Shown here one piece after another: positions 9,785 to 19,775 of a stretch of DNA of 64,000 nt. The stretch's first letter is position 1; every line of letters begins with the position of its first letter. The notes under the pieces are model-generated. The model was not told the origin of the DNA. It searched no databases and worked only from the letters and a program-made list of their open reading frames with translations. A program made the position numbers and the translations under genes. Origin of the DNA: an uncultured Bacteroidales bacterium (lineage in GTDB: Bacteria; Bacteroidota; Bacteroidia; Bacteroidales; CAIXZF01); the NCBI GenBank assembly GCA_903923925.1, contig CAIXZF010000039.1, forward strand, positions 7,778-71,777, in the 5' to 3' direction.

Positions 9785-10960
9785 TTGAATATTAATTATT
9801 TACCAAAAAAAATTATTTTTTCTGTTTTAGGTCTTTTTCTATTTGTTGCTTGCCAGAACACAAAATCCAGGCCAACCTCAACAGAAATTATCAAGGATAC
9901 TTTAAAATCTGTCCATCAATTTAAAAGCATTGACAAAAATGCAAGCAGATTAAAGACCTATTTTGAAAAGCTCGCCCATAAAAGCGGATTTAGCGGAGCT
10001 GTTCTTATTGGACAGGATGGAAAAACTGTTTATAAGGATGCCTTTGGATTTGCCAATTTGCAAAATAAATCATTGCTGACCACTGCCACACCATTTCAAC
10101 TTGCATCTGTATCAAAGCAATTTACTTCGGCTTCGATTATGTTATTAAAGGAAAAAGGACTGTTAAATTACGAAGACAGTGTGCAAAAGTTTTTTCCTGA
10201 TTTTCCTTATCATGGAATTAGTATACGTTTATTGTTGGAACATCGTTCGGGCTTACCTAATTATATTTATTTCTGCGATAGCTATGTTAAGGATAAAGTT
10301 AAACCAATTAACAACGCATTTGCTATCTCATTAATGAAAGTGGTTAAACCACCAGTATATTTTCCGCCAGACAGAAGGTTTGACTACAGTAACACTGGAT
10401 ATATGATTCTTGCATCAATTGTTGAGAAGGTTTCAGGAGTGCCATTTGCATCATTTTTACATTCTAATATTTTCAAACCTTTGGGGATGAATGACACATA
10501 CCTTGCCACGGAGGATGATCAACGTAAACAAAGGTCAGCCTCAGGTTATTCAAGGGGAAGAAGGAGTGTTGGCACTACTTTTCTTGATGGTGTTATAGGT
10601 GACAAGGATATTTATTCTTCGGTTGAAGATCTGTTTAAATGGGACCAGGCCTTATATGATGGAAAATTATTAAAAGATCAAACTCTCAATGAAGCCTTTG
10701 AACCTAAGGGTAAAAAAGCAGAAGCAAGAGAAAACTACGGTTATGGGTGGAGAATGTTTTATTGGGGTGATGTAAAGGTTATATACCATGCAGGATGGTG
10801 GGAAGGGTTCCAGAGCCTTTTAATCCGGATTCCTGAAGACAGGATTACTATAGCAGTGCTTAAAAACAGGCTTGTTTCTTCAGCTCCTGCAAAAGATTCA
10901 ATCTTGCAAAGTCTTTACCCTCTTACAAAAAAGATTAATCAATCCGCTTCAAAACGATAG
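9785..10960 (+). CDS. Serine hydrolase lipoprotein, beta-lactamase class C/AmpH-like family
   Basis: SxxK (ASVSK), YSN and HAG motifs; lipobox FVAC. Confidence 0.88.
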   Translation: MNINYLPKKIIFSVLGLFLFVACQNTKSRPTSTEIIKDTLKSVHQFKSIDKNASRLKTYFEKLAHKSGFSGAVLIGQDGKTVYKDAFGFANLQNKSLLTTATPFQLASVSKQFTSASIMLLKEKGLLNYEDSVQKFFPDFPYHGISIRLLLEHRSGLPNYIYFCDSYVKDKVKPINNAFAISLMKVVKPPVYFPPDRRFDYSNTGYMILASIVEKVSGVPFASFLHSNIFKPLGMNDTYLATEDDQRKQRSASGYSRGRRSVGTTFLDGVIGDKDIYSSVEDLFKWDQALYDGKLLKDQTLNEAFEPKGKKAEARENYGYGWRMFYWGDVKVIYHAGWWEGFQSLLIRIPEDRITIAVLKNRLVSSAPAKDSILQSLYPLTKKINQSASKR

Positions 10961-12962
10961 CAGTACGATTTGTGTTGTAGATTTTCAACAGGTTGATATT
11001 CCGTCCGGAATCGTAAGTAGAGAAATAGTCGATAGTTTCATCAATCCTGGCTAAACCGCCAAATTCGGCATTGTCGGTATTTAGAATAATGCGATATTTA
11101 CCCGGATTATTAACAAAGAATTCATACTCAGGAATTGCATTAACAGGGTGAAAGTTAAAAACAAAAACAAGATCTGATTTTGCAAAGACCAGCGTTTTAT
11201 TTTCCTCATCTGCATTGAGTTGTTGAGCAAAATTATCGCTAAGAAGATTGTATTTCCCGGCGAGTTTGATCATCGCAATATCAAAATCCTGAAGGAAAAA
11301 ATAGCGTAATTGATTATCATCAGCTAATGACCATTGTCGACGGGCATGTTTATAACTCCATTCATTGCCCTCTCTTGGGAAATCTATCCATTCAGGATGT
11401 CCGAATTCATTGCCCATGAAGTTCAGGTAGGCTTGTCCGCCAAGTGCAATTGTAATCAACCGTATCATTTTATGAAGCGCAATTCCTCTTTCAACAACAA
11501 GTGTGGTATCATTAACTGACATATGAAAGTACATATCCTTATCCATAAGTCTGAAAGCAATTGTTTTATCACCAACAAGTGCCTGGTCGTGAGATTCGCA
11601 ATATGCGATTGTTTTTACATAGGGGAGGCGGTCGTTTAGCACATGCCAGATTTCCTCGATACTCCAGTCTTCATCTTTCTGGTCCTCAAGAAGTTTGATC
11701 CAAAAGTCCGGAATACCCATTCCAAGACGGTAATCAAATCCAATACCACCGTCATTAACAGGTGCACACAAACCCGGCATACCTGTTACATCCTCAGCTA
11801 TGGTAATGCAATGCTTATTAATCGAGTGCACCAATTGATTAGCTAACTGAAGGTAGGTAATTGCATCGTATTCAACTCCAAGTGTAAAGTACTTATTTCT
11901 GTCATCAATCGGTTCATTGCCATGGTGGTAATACATCATAGATCCAACACCATCGAAGCGGAATCCATCAAAATGGAATTCCTTCATCCAGTATTTCAGG
12001 TTCGAAAGAAGGAATCTAAGTACTTCTCGTTTACCATAGTCGAAAAGCTTCGAATCCCATTGTGGATGAAGGCCTCTGTCGCCGGAATGAAAGTACTGAC
12101 AGTCTGACCCGTCAAATTCATTAAGACCTTCGAGAATATTTTTTACAGTATGGGAATGAACAACATCCATAATGACGGCTATTCCCATTTTATGGGCTTC
12201 CCGAATAAGGTCTTTTAGTTCCTCTGGTGTGCCAAATCGAGAAGATGGTGCAAAAAAATTACTTACATGATATCCAAATGAGCCATAATAAGGATGTTCC
12301 ATTATAGCCATTAGCTGGATCGCATTGTAACCAAGATTTTTAATTCTCGGCAGGATATTTTCGCTAAACTCCTTGTAAGTTCCGGTTCCTTCTTTTTCCT
12401 GAGCCATTCCAACGTGACTTTCATAAATAAAAAGGGGATCCGATAATTTTAATTTGAAATTATCCTGTTGCCAGTCGTATTTACCTGGAATCCAGACCTG
12501 CCCGGTAAAATTTTTAGTTTCATCATCTTGTTCAACTCTTTTTATATATGCAGGAATACGTTCGCGAATACCTGCGGGAGAATTTACCAGAACTTTTACT
12601 TTGCTGCCATGTGTAAAACTGTCTTTATATGTTTTTTCGTCCAGAAAGATCTCCCATACACCGTAGTTGTTTTTTACCATTGGATGTGTAAATCGCCGCC
12701 AGCCATTGAAATCACCAAAAAGGAAAAGTTCGGATGCCAGGGGTGCCCATTCACGGTAGGTCCAGCCTTTGCGTGCTGAATCGTAATTTATTCCAAAGTA
12801 GTTATATCCATCGGCAAATTTCAGGAGACTTCCGTGGTCATGTTCAATTTCCAGCAAACGATCATTAAATCGATTGAAGCGGTTTTCGATATCTCCGGCA
12901 TTCGGTTCAAGCCAGGGATCAAGTTTTATTAGTTTTAATGTTTTAGACATAATAGCAGGCAA
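10935..12962 (-). CDS. glgB: 1,4-alpha-glucan branching enzyme (GH13)
   Basis: MDVVHSH, GFRFDGV, IAED, ESHD and MGNEFGHPEW motifs. Confidence 0.95.
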   Translation of the reverse strand: MPAIMSKTLKLIKLDPWLEPNAGDIENRFNRFNDRLLEIEHDHGSLLKFADGYNYFGINYDSARKGWTYREWAPLASELFLFGDFNGWRRFTHPMVKNNYGVWEIFLDEKTYKDSFTHGSKVKVLVNSPAGIRERIPAYIKRVEQDDETKNFTGQVWIPGKYDWQQDNFKLKLSDPLFIYESHVGMAQEKEGTGTYKEFSENILPRIKNLGYNAIQLMAIMEHPYYGSFGYHVSNFFAPSSRFGTPEELKDLIREAHKMGIAVIMDVVHSHTVKNILEGLNEFDGSDCQYFHSGDRGLHPQWDSKLFDYGKREVLRFLLSNLKYWMKEFHFDGFRFDGVGSMMYYHHGNEPIDDRNKYFTLGVEYDAITYLQLANQLVHSINKHCITIAEDVTGMPGLCAPVNDGGIGFDYRLGMGIPDFWIKLLEDQKDEDWSIEEIWHVLNDRLPYVKTIAYCESHDQALVGDKTIAFRLMDKDMYFHMSVNDTTLVVERGIALHKMIRLITIALGGQAYLNFMGNEFGHPEWIDFPREGNEWSYKHARRQWSLADDNQLRYFFLQDFDIAMIKLAGKYNLLSDNFAQQLNADEENKTLVFAKSDLVFVFNFHPVNAIPEYEFFVNNPGKYRIILNTDNAEFGGLARIDETIDYFSTYDSGRNINLLKIYNTNRTAIVLKRID

Positions 12963-13131
12963 TTATCTAACGAATGTAATCAGAATTGGCGAAAAAGGCA
13001 AATTTTTGATTACACAATCTTAATTCACACGAGATCAATAATAAATGATTAATTTTATGTTAATATGAAACTGGAAATAATGAATAGGGACGGATTATGG
13101 CCTCTGCATTTGGATGTGAAAAATAAATTTG

Positions 13132-13139
13132 TATTTTTG
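13132..13139 (+). promoter_or_regulatory. Bacteroidota sigmaA -7 element for tRNA-Met
   Basis: TATTTTTG (TAnnTTTG) just upstream of the tRNA, with TTTG about 20 bp further upstream. Confidence 0.65.
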
Positions 13140-13152
13140 CACCCTCAAAAAT

Positions 13153-13226
13153 GGCGTGGTAGCTCAGTTGGTTAGAGCGTCGGATTCATAACCCGGAGGT
13201 CACGAGTTCAACTCTCGTCCACGCTA
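13153..13226 (+). tRNA. tRNA-Met (CAT), probably elongator
   Basis: GGCGTGG/CCACGCT acceptor stem, D-loop AGTTGGTTA, anticodon loop TTCATAA, T-loop GTTCAAC; CCA not encoded. Confidence 0.95.
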
Positions 13227-13238
13227 CAAAGTAAAAAT

Positions 13239-13274
13239 AAGCCCTTGCAAACTAATTATTTGCAGGGGCTTTTC
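13239..13274 (+). terminator. Intrinsic terminator after tRNA-Met
   Basis: AAGCCCTTGCAAA...TTTGCAGGGGCTT stem followed by TT. Confidence 0.75.
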
Positions 13275-13372
13275 CTTTAGAATCAGTGTAAAACTAATTC
13301 TAGTTCCAGAAATAAAAATTATATTTTAGAAAATACTTGCATTGAGTAGTAATATGTAGTATCTTTAGTTCT

Positions 13373-13450
13373 TAATGCAAAGAGGTTTTGCATTGAAAGC
13401 TTTCTTACCTCCGAATGTTTGCTGAGAAGCAGACTGTCGGAGGTCTTTTT
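13373..13450 (+). ncRNA. Candidate small RNA or attenuated leader (two hairpins, then U-tract)
   Basis: TTG-N20-TATCTTTA promoter-like element (13337-13367); hairpin AATGCAAA/TTTGCATT; hairpin ACCTCCGA...TCGGAGGT followed by CTTTTT. Confidence 0.45.
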
Positions 13451-13512
13451 ATAATATTTTTTTTGTATAAAATTCAAACCTTGATGGTTGCTCACTTCCA
13501 AATCTTCAGGAT

Positions 13513-14460
13513 ATGTACAGATTTATAGATGATTATGAAACAAGGAAAGAGAAGCATTTAATTTGGGCATCTACCCGTTCTGTCTTGGAAAATATTGGGT
13601 TTTTACGAAATAAAAACGGAAAAAAAAGCCGAAGTCACTGGAATTTGTTTGTTCGATTGTTGAATATTTTTGGATTTGTATTGAAAATAACAGGGTATTA
13701 CAGAAAAGGTTATGGTAATGCTAAAACTATTCAAATTGCTGAAATTACCTTAGAATATCCGAATCTTCCTGAAGCTTTTGATGGATTCAGAGTTATGCAC
13801 TTATCTGATTTACACATTGATAGCATTCCAGGATTCGCATCGATTTTAGCAAAAAAAATTAAATACCTGAAGTTTGATTTGTGCTTTCTGACAGGCGATT
13901 ATCGAAAAGATATCTCTGGGAGCATTGGTCATATCCTTAAACCATTAAAAATACTTTCCTGTTACATCAAGGCTCCGTACGGAAGTTTTGCCGTTTTGGG
14001 CAATCACGATACCTTTTTAATGGCTCAGTATGCAAGTGAAACAGGCTTTGAGCTTTTAATCAATGAATCTGTTGAGATAGAAAAGGACGGACAGAAGATC
14101 CTTGTTACGGGCACTGATGATCCCTTTAACTATTATACTGAACAAGCAATGCTGTGCCTGGAAACCAGAGGATATGATTTTAAAATTGCCCTGGTTCATA
14201 CTTCTGAATTAGCTAAAATAGCTTCAGCAAATAACTATAACCTTTATTTATGTGGACACACTCATGGTGGTCAGATATGCTTAAAGGAAGGCTTCCCCTT
14301 GGTAAGTCATCAGTTTGAGGGAAAAAAATTCAATCAGGGGCTATGGAAAATAGGGAAGATGACTGGGTATACATCAAGAGGAGCAGGGGTAAGCGGAATG
14401 CCGGTTCGTTTTAACTGCCCCGCTGAAGTTACTATTATTACCTTGTCAAAAATGCAGTAA
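13513..14460 (+). CDS. Calcineurin-like metallophosphoesterase (YkuE/YaeI-like)
   Basis: SDLH, TGD, GNHD and GHTHGGQ motifs. Confidence 0.9.
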   Translation: MYRFIDDYETRKEKHLIWASTRSVLENIGFLRNKNGKKSRSHWNLFVRLLNIFGFVLKITGYYRKGYGNAKTIQIAEITLEYPNLPEAFDGFRVMHLSDLHIDSIPGFASILAKKIKYLKFDLCFLTGDYRKDISGSIGHILKPLKILSCYIKAPYGSFAVLGNHDTFLMAQYASETGFELLINESVEIEKDGQKILVTGTDDPFNYYTEQAMLCLETRGYDFKIALVHTSELAKIASANNYNLYLCGHTHGGQICLKEGFPLVSHQFEGKKFNQGLWKIGKMTGYTSRGAGVSGMPVRFNCPAEVTIITLSKMQ

Positions 14461-14465
14461 TTTTC

Positions 14466-17303
14466 TCAGGATTTATTTGAGATAATCTTCTCAAGGAAAA
14501 CGGCTGTTTCAGAATTATTAATTTTTACTAAACCTTCCGGAGTCCCTTCAAAAATGATTTCACCTCCATGTTCGCCACCATCCGGGCCCAGTTCGATAAT
14601 CCAATCGGCACATTTGATGACTTCAAGATTATGTTCAATTACGATAACGGTATGACCTTTTTCAATCAGTGCATCGAAAGCCAGGAGTAATTTATGGATA
14701 TCATGAAAATGAAGACCAGTTGTTGGCTCGTCAAAAATGAACATAGTAGGTTTATCAGATATTCCTTTTGAAAGGAAAAATGCCAGTTTGATGCGCTGAG
14801 CCTCTCCACCGCTAAGTGTACTGCTCGACTGTCCAAGTTTGAGATAGCCGAGTCCAACATCCTGCAGGGGTTTTAGTTTTTCAACAATCTTTTTTTCTGT
14901 GTTTGTAGGTTTTTTCGGAAGAGAAAAAAACTCAATTGCCTCATCAATAGTTAGGTACAGAATGTCGCTGATACTTTTTTCATTGATTTTAACATCCAGG
15001 ACTTCATCTTTGAAACGCTTCCCTCCGCAACTTTCGCAAACAAGGCTAATATCTGCCATGAATTGCATTTCGATTTTTACAATTCCTTCGCCCTCACATT
15101 CTTCACAACGTCCACCTTCAATATTGAATGAGAAATATCCGGGTTTGTAATTTCTTGTTTTTGCCAAAGGATGATCGGCAAAAAGCGCACGGATTTCATC
15201 ATAAGCTTTTACATAAGTAGCAGGATTTGAACGTGTTGATCTTCCAATTGGATTCTGATCGACCATTTCAACATCCGAAACCCGATACATGTCGCCGCTT
15301 AATCTGTCAAAGCGCCCGGTTTTATCGCCATAGCCTCCATAATGTTTCTTTAAGGCTGTATATAGAATCTTTTTAACCAGGGAGGTTTTGCCTGAACCGC
15401 TCACTCCAGAAACTACAGTTAAAACTTTTAAGGGAAACCTGACATTTAAATTTTTGAGATTATTTTCTGCTGCACCATGCACTGAAATGAACTCTTTCCA
15501 TTTTCTGCGATTCAGTGGAGTTTCGATTTCAAGACTTTTATTCAGGTACTTTGAAGTGAGGCTTTTATCATCTTTAAGTATTTCAGAAATGCTACCTGAG
15601 AATACGAGTTCTCCACCATGACTGCCAGCTAGCGGACCAATGTCAAGGATATGATCTGCAGCGCGCATAATTTCTTCATCGTGTTCAACAACTATAACAG
15701 TATTGCCAATATCACGGAGTTGTTTCAGCACTTTAATTAACCTGTGAGTATCTCTGGGATGAAGTCCGATTGAAGGTTCGTCAAGAATATACATTGATCC
15801 GACAAGGCTGCTGCCCAGGGAAGTTGCAAGATTGATTCGCTGAGATTCGCCACCTGAGAGTGAGGAGGATAAGCGGTTAAGTGTGAGGTAACCAAGACCG
15901 ACATCACATAAAAAGTTAAGTCGGGAAGTAATTTCTGTTATCAACCTTCTGGCTACTTTCTGGTCATGAGGATTCAGGTTTATTACGGCAAAAAGCTCAA
16001 GAAGTTTATCAATAGGCATCAGAACAAGTTCCCTCATGGATTTTCCTGAAACCAGAACATAATTTGCATCCAATCTCAGCCTTGTGCCAGCACAATCAGG
16101 ACAAACAGTTTTACCCCTGTAACGAGAAAGCATTACACGATATTGGATTTTATAGGTTTGTTCCTCTATGTGCTTAAAGAACTCATCTATACCAGTAATT
16201 TGTTTATTCCCTTTCCATAAGAGCTTTTTCTGAGCCTCATTCAACTCAAAATAAGGTTTATGTATCGGGAAATCAAATTTATATGCATTGATAATAAAGT
16301 TGTCCTTGTATTCACTCATTTTTTCACCCCGCCAGCAGGCAATGCAATCTTCGTAAACAGAAAGACTTTTATTTGGAACCACCAGGTCTTCGTCGATTCC
16401 AATCACAGAGCCAAAACCTTCACAGGTTTTGCAAGCACCGTAAGGATTGTTGAAGCTGAAAAGGTTAACAGAAGGTTCTTCAAAGCTTATTCCATCTGCT
16501 TCAAATCTGTTGCTAAATGATTTTTCACTTTTTTCATCATCATTTCCAATAATTTCGAGTTTGCAAATTCCTTCACCTTCAAAAAATGCTGTCTGAACGG
16601 AGTCTGCAATTCTACCTGACAGATCAGGGTCGAGTTTATCGAGAGCAAATCGATCGATCACAATTTTACAATCATCACATAAACAATCAGTCAACTGGCT
16701 ATTTAATACATCTTCAATTCTTTGCAGTTCACCTTTAATAAGAATTCTGCTAAATCCCTGTTGGAGTACGACAGAAAGTTGTTCAGTAACTGTTCTTCCA
16801 TTTTTTAGGATAAGAGGAGAAAAAATAGAAACTTTAACCAGGGCCGGCAGGTTTAAAATGTAATCGGTAACAATTCCGACAGTATCTCTTTGAACAATTT
16901 CTCCTGAAACGGGGGAGTAGGTTTTACCTATTCTTGCGAAAAGCAGTTTAAAGTATTCATAAATTTCGGTAGATGTCCCCACTGTTGACCGGGGATTCCT
17001 GCTATTCACCTTTTGTTCAATTGCAATTGCCGGGGAAATTCCTTTGATGTAATCCACTTCAGGTTTGTTCATACGTCCAAGGAACTGTCTGGCGTAGGAG
17101 CTGAGGCTTTCAACATATCGGCGCTGCCCTTCGGCATATATAGTATCGAATGCAAGAGAGGATTTTCCTGATCCGGACAGTCCGGTTATCACAACAAGTT
17201 TGTTCCTGGGTATTGCGAGATCGATGTTTTTTAGGTTGTGGACCCTGGCACCTTTAACGATAATGAACTTTTTAGGGTCGAGTTTTGTTACATCTACAAG
17301 CAT
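14466..17303 (-). CDS. uvrA: Excinuclease ABC subunit A
   Basis: Two Walker A motifs (GLSGSGKS, GVSGSGKT), LSGGE signatures, CxxC zinc fingers; start set at ATG 17303 because a -7 element lies at 17322-17329. Confidence 0.97.
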   Translation of the reverse strand: MLVDVTKLDPKKFIIVKGARVHNLKNIDLAIPRNKLVVITGLSGSGKSSLAFDTIYAEGQRRYVESLSSYARQFLGRMNKPEVDYIKGISPAIAIEQKVNSRNPRSTVGTSTEIYEYFKLLFARIGKTYSPVSGEIVQRDTVGIVTDYILNLPALVKVSIFSPLILKNGRTVTEQLSVVLQQGFSRILIKGELQRIEDVLNSQLTDCLCDDCKIVIDRFALDKLDPDLSGRIADSVQTAFFEGEGICKLEIIGNDDEKSEKSFSNRFEADGISFEEPSVNLFSFNNPYGACKTCEGFGSVIGIDEDLVVPNKSLSVYEDCIACWRGEKMSEYKDNFIINAYKFDFPIHKPYFELNEAQKKLLWKGNKQITGIDEFFKHIEEQTYKIQYRVMLSRYRGKTVCPDCAGTRLRLDANYVLVSGKSMRELVLMPIDKLLELFAVINLNPHDQKVARRLITEITSRLNFLCDVGLGYLTLNRLSSSLSGGESQRINLATSLGSSLVGSMYILDEPSIGLHPRDTHRLIKVLKQLRDIGNTVIVVEHDEEIMRAADHILDIGPLAGSHGGELVFSGSISEILKDDKSLTSKYLNKSLEIETPLNRRKWKEFISVHGAAENNLKNLNVRFPLKVLTVVSGVSGSGKTSLVKKILYTALKKHYGGYGDKTGRFDRLSGDMYRVSDVEMVDQNPIGRSTRSNPATYVKAYDEIRALFADHPLAKTRNYKPGYFSFNIEGGRCEECEGEGIVKIEMQFMADISLVCESCGGKRFKDEVLDVKINEKSISDILYLTIDEAIEFFSLPKKPTNTEKKIVEKLKPLQDVGLGYLKLGQSSSTLSGGEAQRIKLAFFLSKGISDKPTMFIFDEPTTGLHFHDIHKLLLAFDALIEKGHTVIVIEHNLEVIKCADWIIELGPDGGEHGGEIIFEGTPEGLVKINNSETAVFLEKIISNKS

Positions 17304-17498
17304 TTTGAAAATTTTTCTGCACAAAATTAGCGTAAAACTTGCAATCTGTAATTTAGTTGCTTATTTTTGCTCTGCATTTGTGATAGAAAACTACATTTGC
17401 AATTCATAATAGTCACATATTAACCTACAGGAGAGTCGCTATCGAATAAATTCTACCCTTTCAATTAATTACGTTTAACTAAACAAAAAGGGGGTAGT

Positions 17499-18086
17499 AT
17501 GAGTTCCCATTCCATGACTGATCAGGAATTGATCAACAAATATCTGAACGGTAGCGAATCTTGTCTCGAAAAACTTATTAGCCGTCATCAAAGCAGGATA
17601 TTCGCGTATATCCTAATGACTGTTAAAGACAAGGCACTTGCTGATGACATTTTTCAGGATACGTTTATTAAAGTAATCAACACTTTGCGTGGGGGAACCT
17701 ACAAGGAGGAAGGCAAATTCATTCAATGGGCGATGAGGATTGCGCATAATCTGATTATTGACCATTTCCGCAAGGCTAAAAGAATTCCTGTTATTGATGT
17801 GAAGGATAATGATTTTGACATTTTCAATACAATAAAGTACACTGATGATTCTGTTGAACATCAGATGATTATGGATCAGATTTATGAAGATGTACGGAAG
17901 ATGATTGAATTTTTACCACCAGAACAGAAAGAAGTACTTTTAATGCGGGCATATCAGGACATGAGTTTCAAGGATATTGCGGAGCAGACCGAAGTGAGTA
18001 TAAACACAGCTCTGGGAAGAATGCGTTATGCTTTGATTAATCTCAGGAAACTGGCAATTGAGAAAGATATTATTTTAACTGTATAA
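17499..18086 (+). CDS. ECF (sigma-70 group 4) RNA polymerase sigma factor
   Basis: DDIFQDTFIK, WAMRIAHNLIIDHFRK and SFKDIAE..SINTALGRMRYA; -7 element TACATTTG at 17392. Confidence 0.93.
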   Translation: MSSHSMTDQELINKYLNGSESCLEKLISRHQSRIFAYILMTVKDKALADDIFQDTFIKVINTLRGGTYKEEGKFIQWAMRIAHNLIIDHFRKAKRIPVIDVKDNDFDIFNTIKYTDDSVEHQMIMDQIYEDVRKMIEFLPPEQKEVLLMRAYQDMSFKDIAEQTEVSINTALGRMRYALINLRKLAIEKDIILTV

Positions 18087-18147
18087 ATTAGTTCAGGGGT
18101 AAAATATCAGGATTATTATTTCGTTTAAGATGCATAGTAAAACCTAA

Positions 18148-18342
18148 ATGTATTCTATGAACGAAAACTTTACACCTGAATTTTCTTATGATTCTGATCT
18201 ACAAACTACTAATAATGAGGAAGTTGAAAAAATGAAAGCCAGGCCTTCAGATTGGGTAATCCGAAATATCCTGAGTTATTCCGCCTCATTGTTAATTGTA
18301 AAAACAGCTGTTGGAGATAAATTTTCAATGGTGTTGAATTAA
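18148..18342 (+). CDS. Small conserved hypothetical protein following the ECF sigma gene
   Basis: PS..VIRNILSYS..L...LN C-terminus typical of this Bacteroidota neighbour; followed by a terminator. Confidence 0.65.
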   Translation: MYSMNENFTPEFSYDSDLQTTNNEEVEKMKARPSDWVIRNILSYSASLLIVKTAVGDKFSMVLN

Positions 18343-18350
18343 AAGAATCA

Positions 18351-18392
18351 AAAAAAGGGAAAGGCTGGTTTCGAAAGAAACCGGCCTTTTTT
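18351..18392 (+). terminator. Intrinsic terminator
   Basis: AAAGGCTGGTTTC-GAAA-GAAACCGGCCTTT followed by TTT. Confidence 0.8.
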
Positions 18393-18483
18393 AATGTGGA
18401 AATGTATCAGTTTAGTAATTAACCAGTCATGCAATTATTATTTTAGTATATTAGTTGACCAATGTATTTCCTGAATTTGTGGT

Positions 18484-19128
18484 ATGACTCTAAAAGAAAG
18501 ATACAAAAGACTAATTGAATATTTCAGTGAGCATCAGCCGGAAGCAGAAACTGAGCTTATTTACAGAGATCCGTATCAATTAATTGTAGCTGTTATTTTA
18601 TCAGCACAATGTACAGATAAACGTGTGAATATCATTACAGTACCATTTTTTGAACGTTTTCCGGAGGTTGAATTTCTGGCTGCAGCAAAACAGGAGGAAA
18701 TATTTGAAATGATTAAAAGTTGTTCCTATCCGAATAATAAATCGAAGAATCTGCTAGGAATGGCTCAGATGCTACTAAGTGAATTCCATGGAGAAGTTCC
18801 GGAGGATGTTGATGAGTTACAAAAATTACCTGGAGTAGGGCGCAAAACTGCCAATGTTATAGCTTCTGTTGTATTTAATAAGCCAGCAATGGCTGTTGAT
18901 ACACATGTGTTTAGGGTTTCAGCGAGAATTGGTTTAACCATAGGAGCAAAAAATCCTTATCAAGCTGAGATACAGCTTATTAAACATATACCCGACGAAA
19001 AAATTCCCTTAGCACACCATTGGTTAATTCTGCATGGGAGGTATATATGCCAGTCAAGGAAACCAAAATGTGCGGAATGTGCTTTGACAGGACTATGTGA
19101 TTACTATCAAAAGATTATTCCTGTTTAG
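18484..19128 (+). CDS. nth: Endonuclease III
   Basis: LSAQCTD, HhH motif LPGVGRKTAN, VDTHV, C-terminal Fe-S cysteines. Confidence 0.96.
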   Translation: MTLKERYKRLIEYFSEHQPEAETELIYRDPYQLIVAVILSAQCTDKRVNIITVPFFERFPEVEFLAAAKQEEIFEMIKSCSYPNNKSKNLLGMAQMLLSEFHGEVPEDVDELQKLPGVGRKTANVIASVVFNKPAMAVDTHVFRVSARIGLTIGAKNPYQAEIQLIKHIPDEKIPLAHHWLILHGRYICQSRKPKCAECALTGLCDYYQKIIPV

Positions 19129-19205
19129 GATTGTTTCTGTTTATGTTGAACAGTTCCGTGGAATATCTGTTTATTGAATACATAACCATTTAAAAATTAA
19201 GCAAG

Positions 19206-19658
19206 ATGACAACTCTGAAACCAGGAGATGAGGCTCCTGATATTAACGCAACAGATCAAAAAGGAAACAGCATATCTCTTAAAGATTATTCTGGGAAAAA
19301 GGTAGTTTTATATTTCTATCCGAAAGACAGTACACCAGGTTGTACGGCAGAAGCCTGCAGTTTGAGGGATAATTACGATCAATTGCTTGAAAAAGGGTAC
19401 GTTGTTATAGGAGTAAGTGCAGATAGCCAGGCATCTCACCAGAAGTTTATTGATAAATATGCACTTCCTTTCCCTTTGATTTCGGATGTTGATAAAAAAG
19501 TTATCAAGGATTACGGGGTCTGGGGGCCGAAAAAGTTTTTGGGAAAGACTTACGATGGTATCCACAGAACAAGCTTTATAATCTCAGAAGGTGGTGTAAT
19601 TGAGGAAGTTATCACTAAGGTTGATACAAAAAAACATAGTGAGCAGATTTTGAAGTAA
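19206..19658 (+). CDS. bcp: Thioredoxin-dependent thiol peroxidase
   Basis: YFYPKDSTPGCTAEAC motif. Confidence 0.95.
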   Translation: MTTLKPGDEAPDINATDQKGNSISLKDYSGKKVVLYFYPKDSTPGCTAEACSLRDNYDQLLEKGYVVIGVSADSQASHQKFIDKYALPFPLISDVDKKVIKDYGVWGPKKFLGKTYDGIHRTSFIISEGGVIEEVITKVDTKKHSEQILK

Positions 19659-19680
19659 AAAAAATATTTATAAACAAGTC

Positions 19681-19735
19681 CGTTTTGGGGTGTTACTTCC
19701 GTCTATATTTATGGGTTGAAGTAAGACCCCAAACG
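19681..19735. repeat. Near-perfect ~18-bp inverted repeat upstream of recA
   Basis: CGTTTTGGGGTGTTACTTC (19681-19699), 18-nt spacer, GAAGTAAGACCCCAAACG (19718-19735). Confidence 0.8.
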
Positions 19736-19775
19736 AATTTTATAACATACTGTTAACTAATTAATTAAAAAAACA

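Noticed and set aside
9785-10960. Acquired antibiotic-resistance beta-lactamase
   Set aside because: Generic AmpH-like serine hydrolase lipoprotein in core context with no mobile signs
13153-13300. tRNA-Met as an occupied integration site
   Set aside because: No integrase and no duplicated tRNA 3' end found in the window
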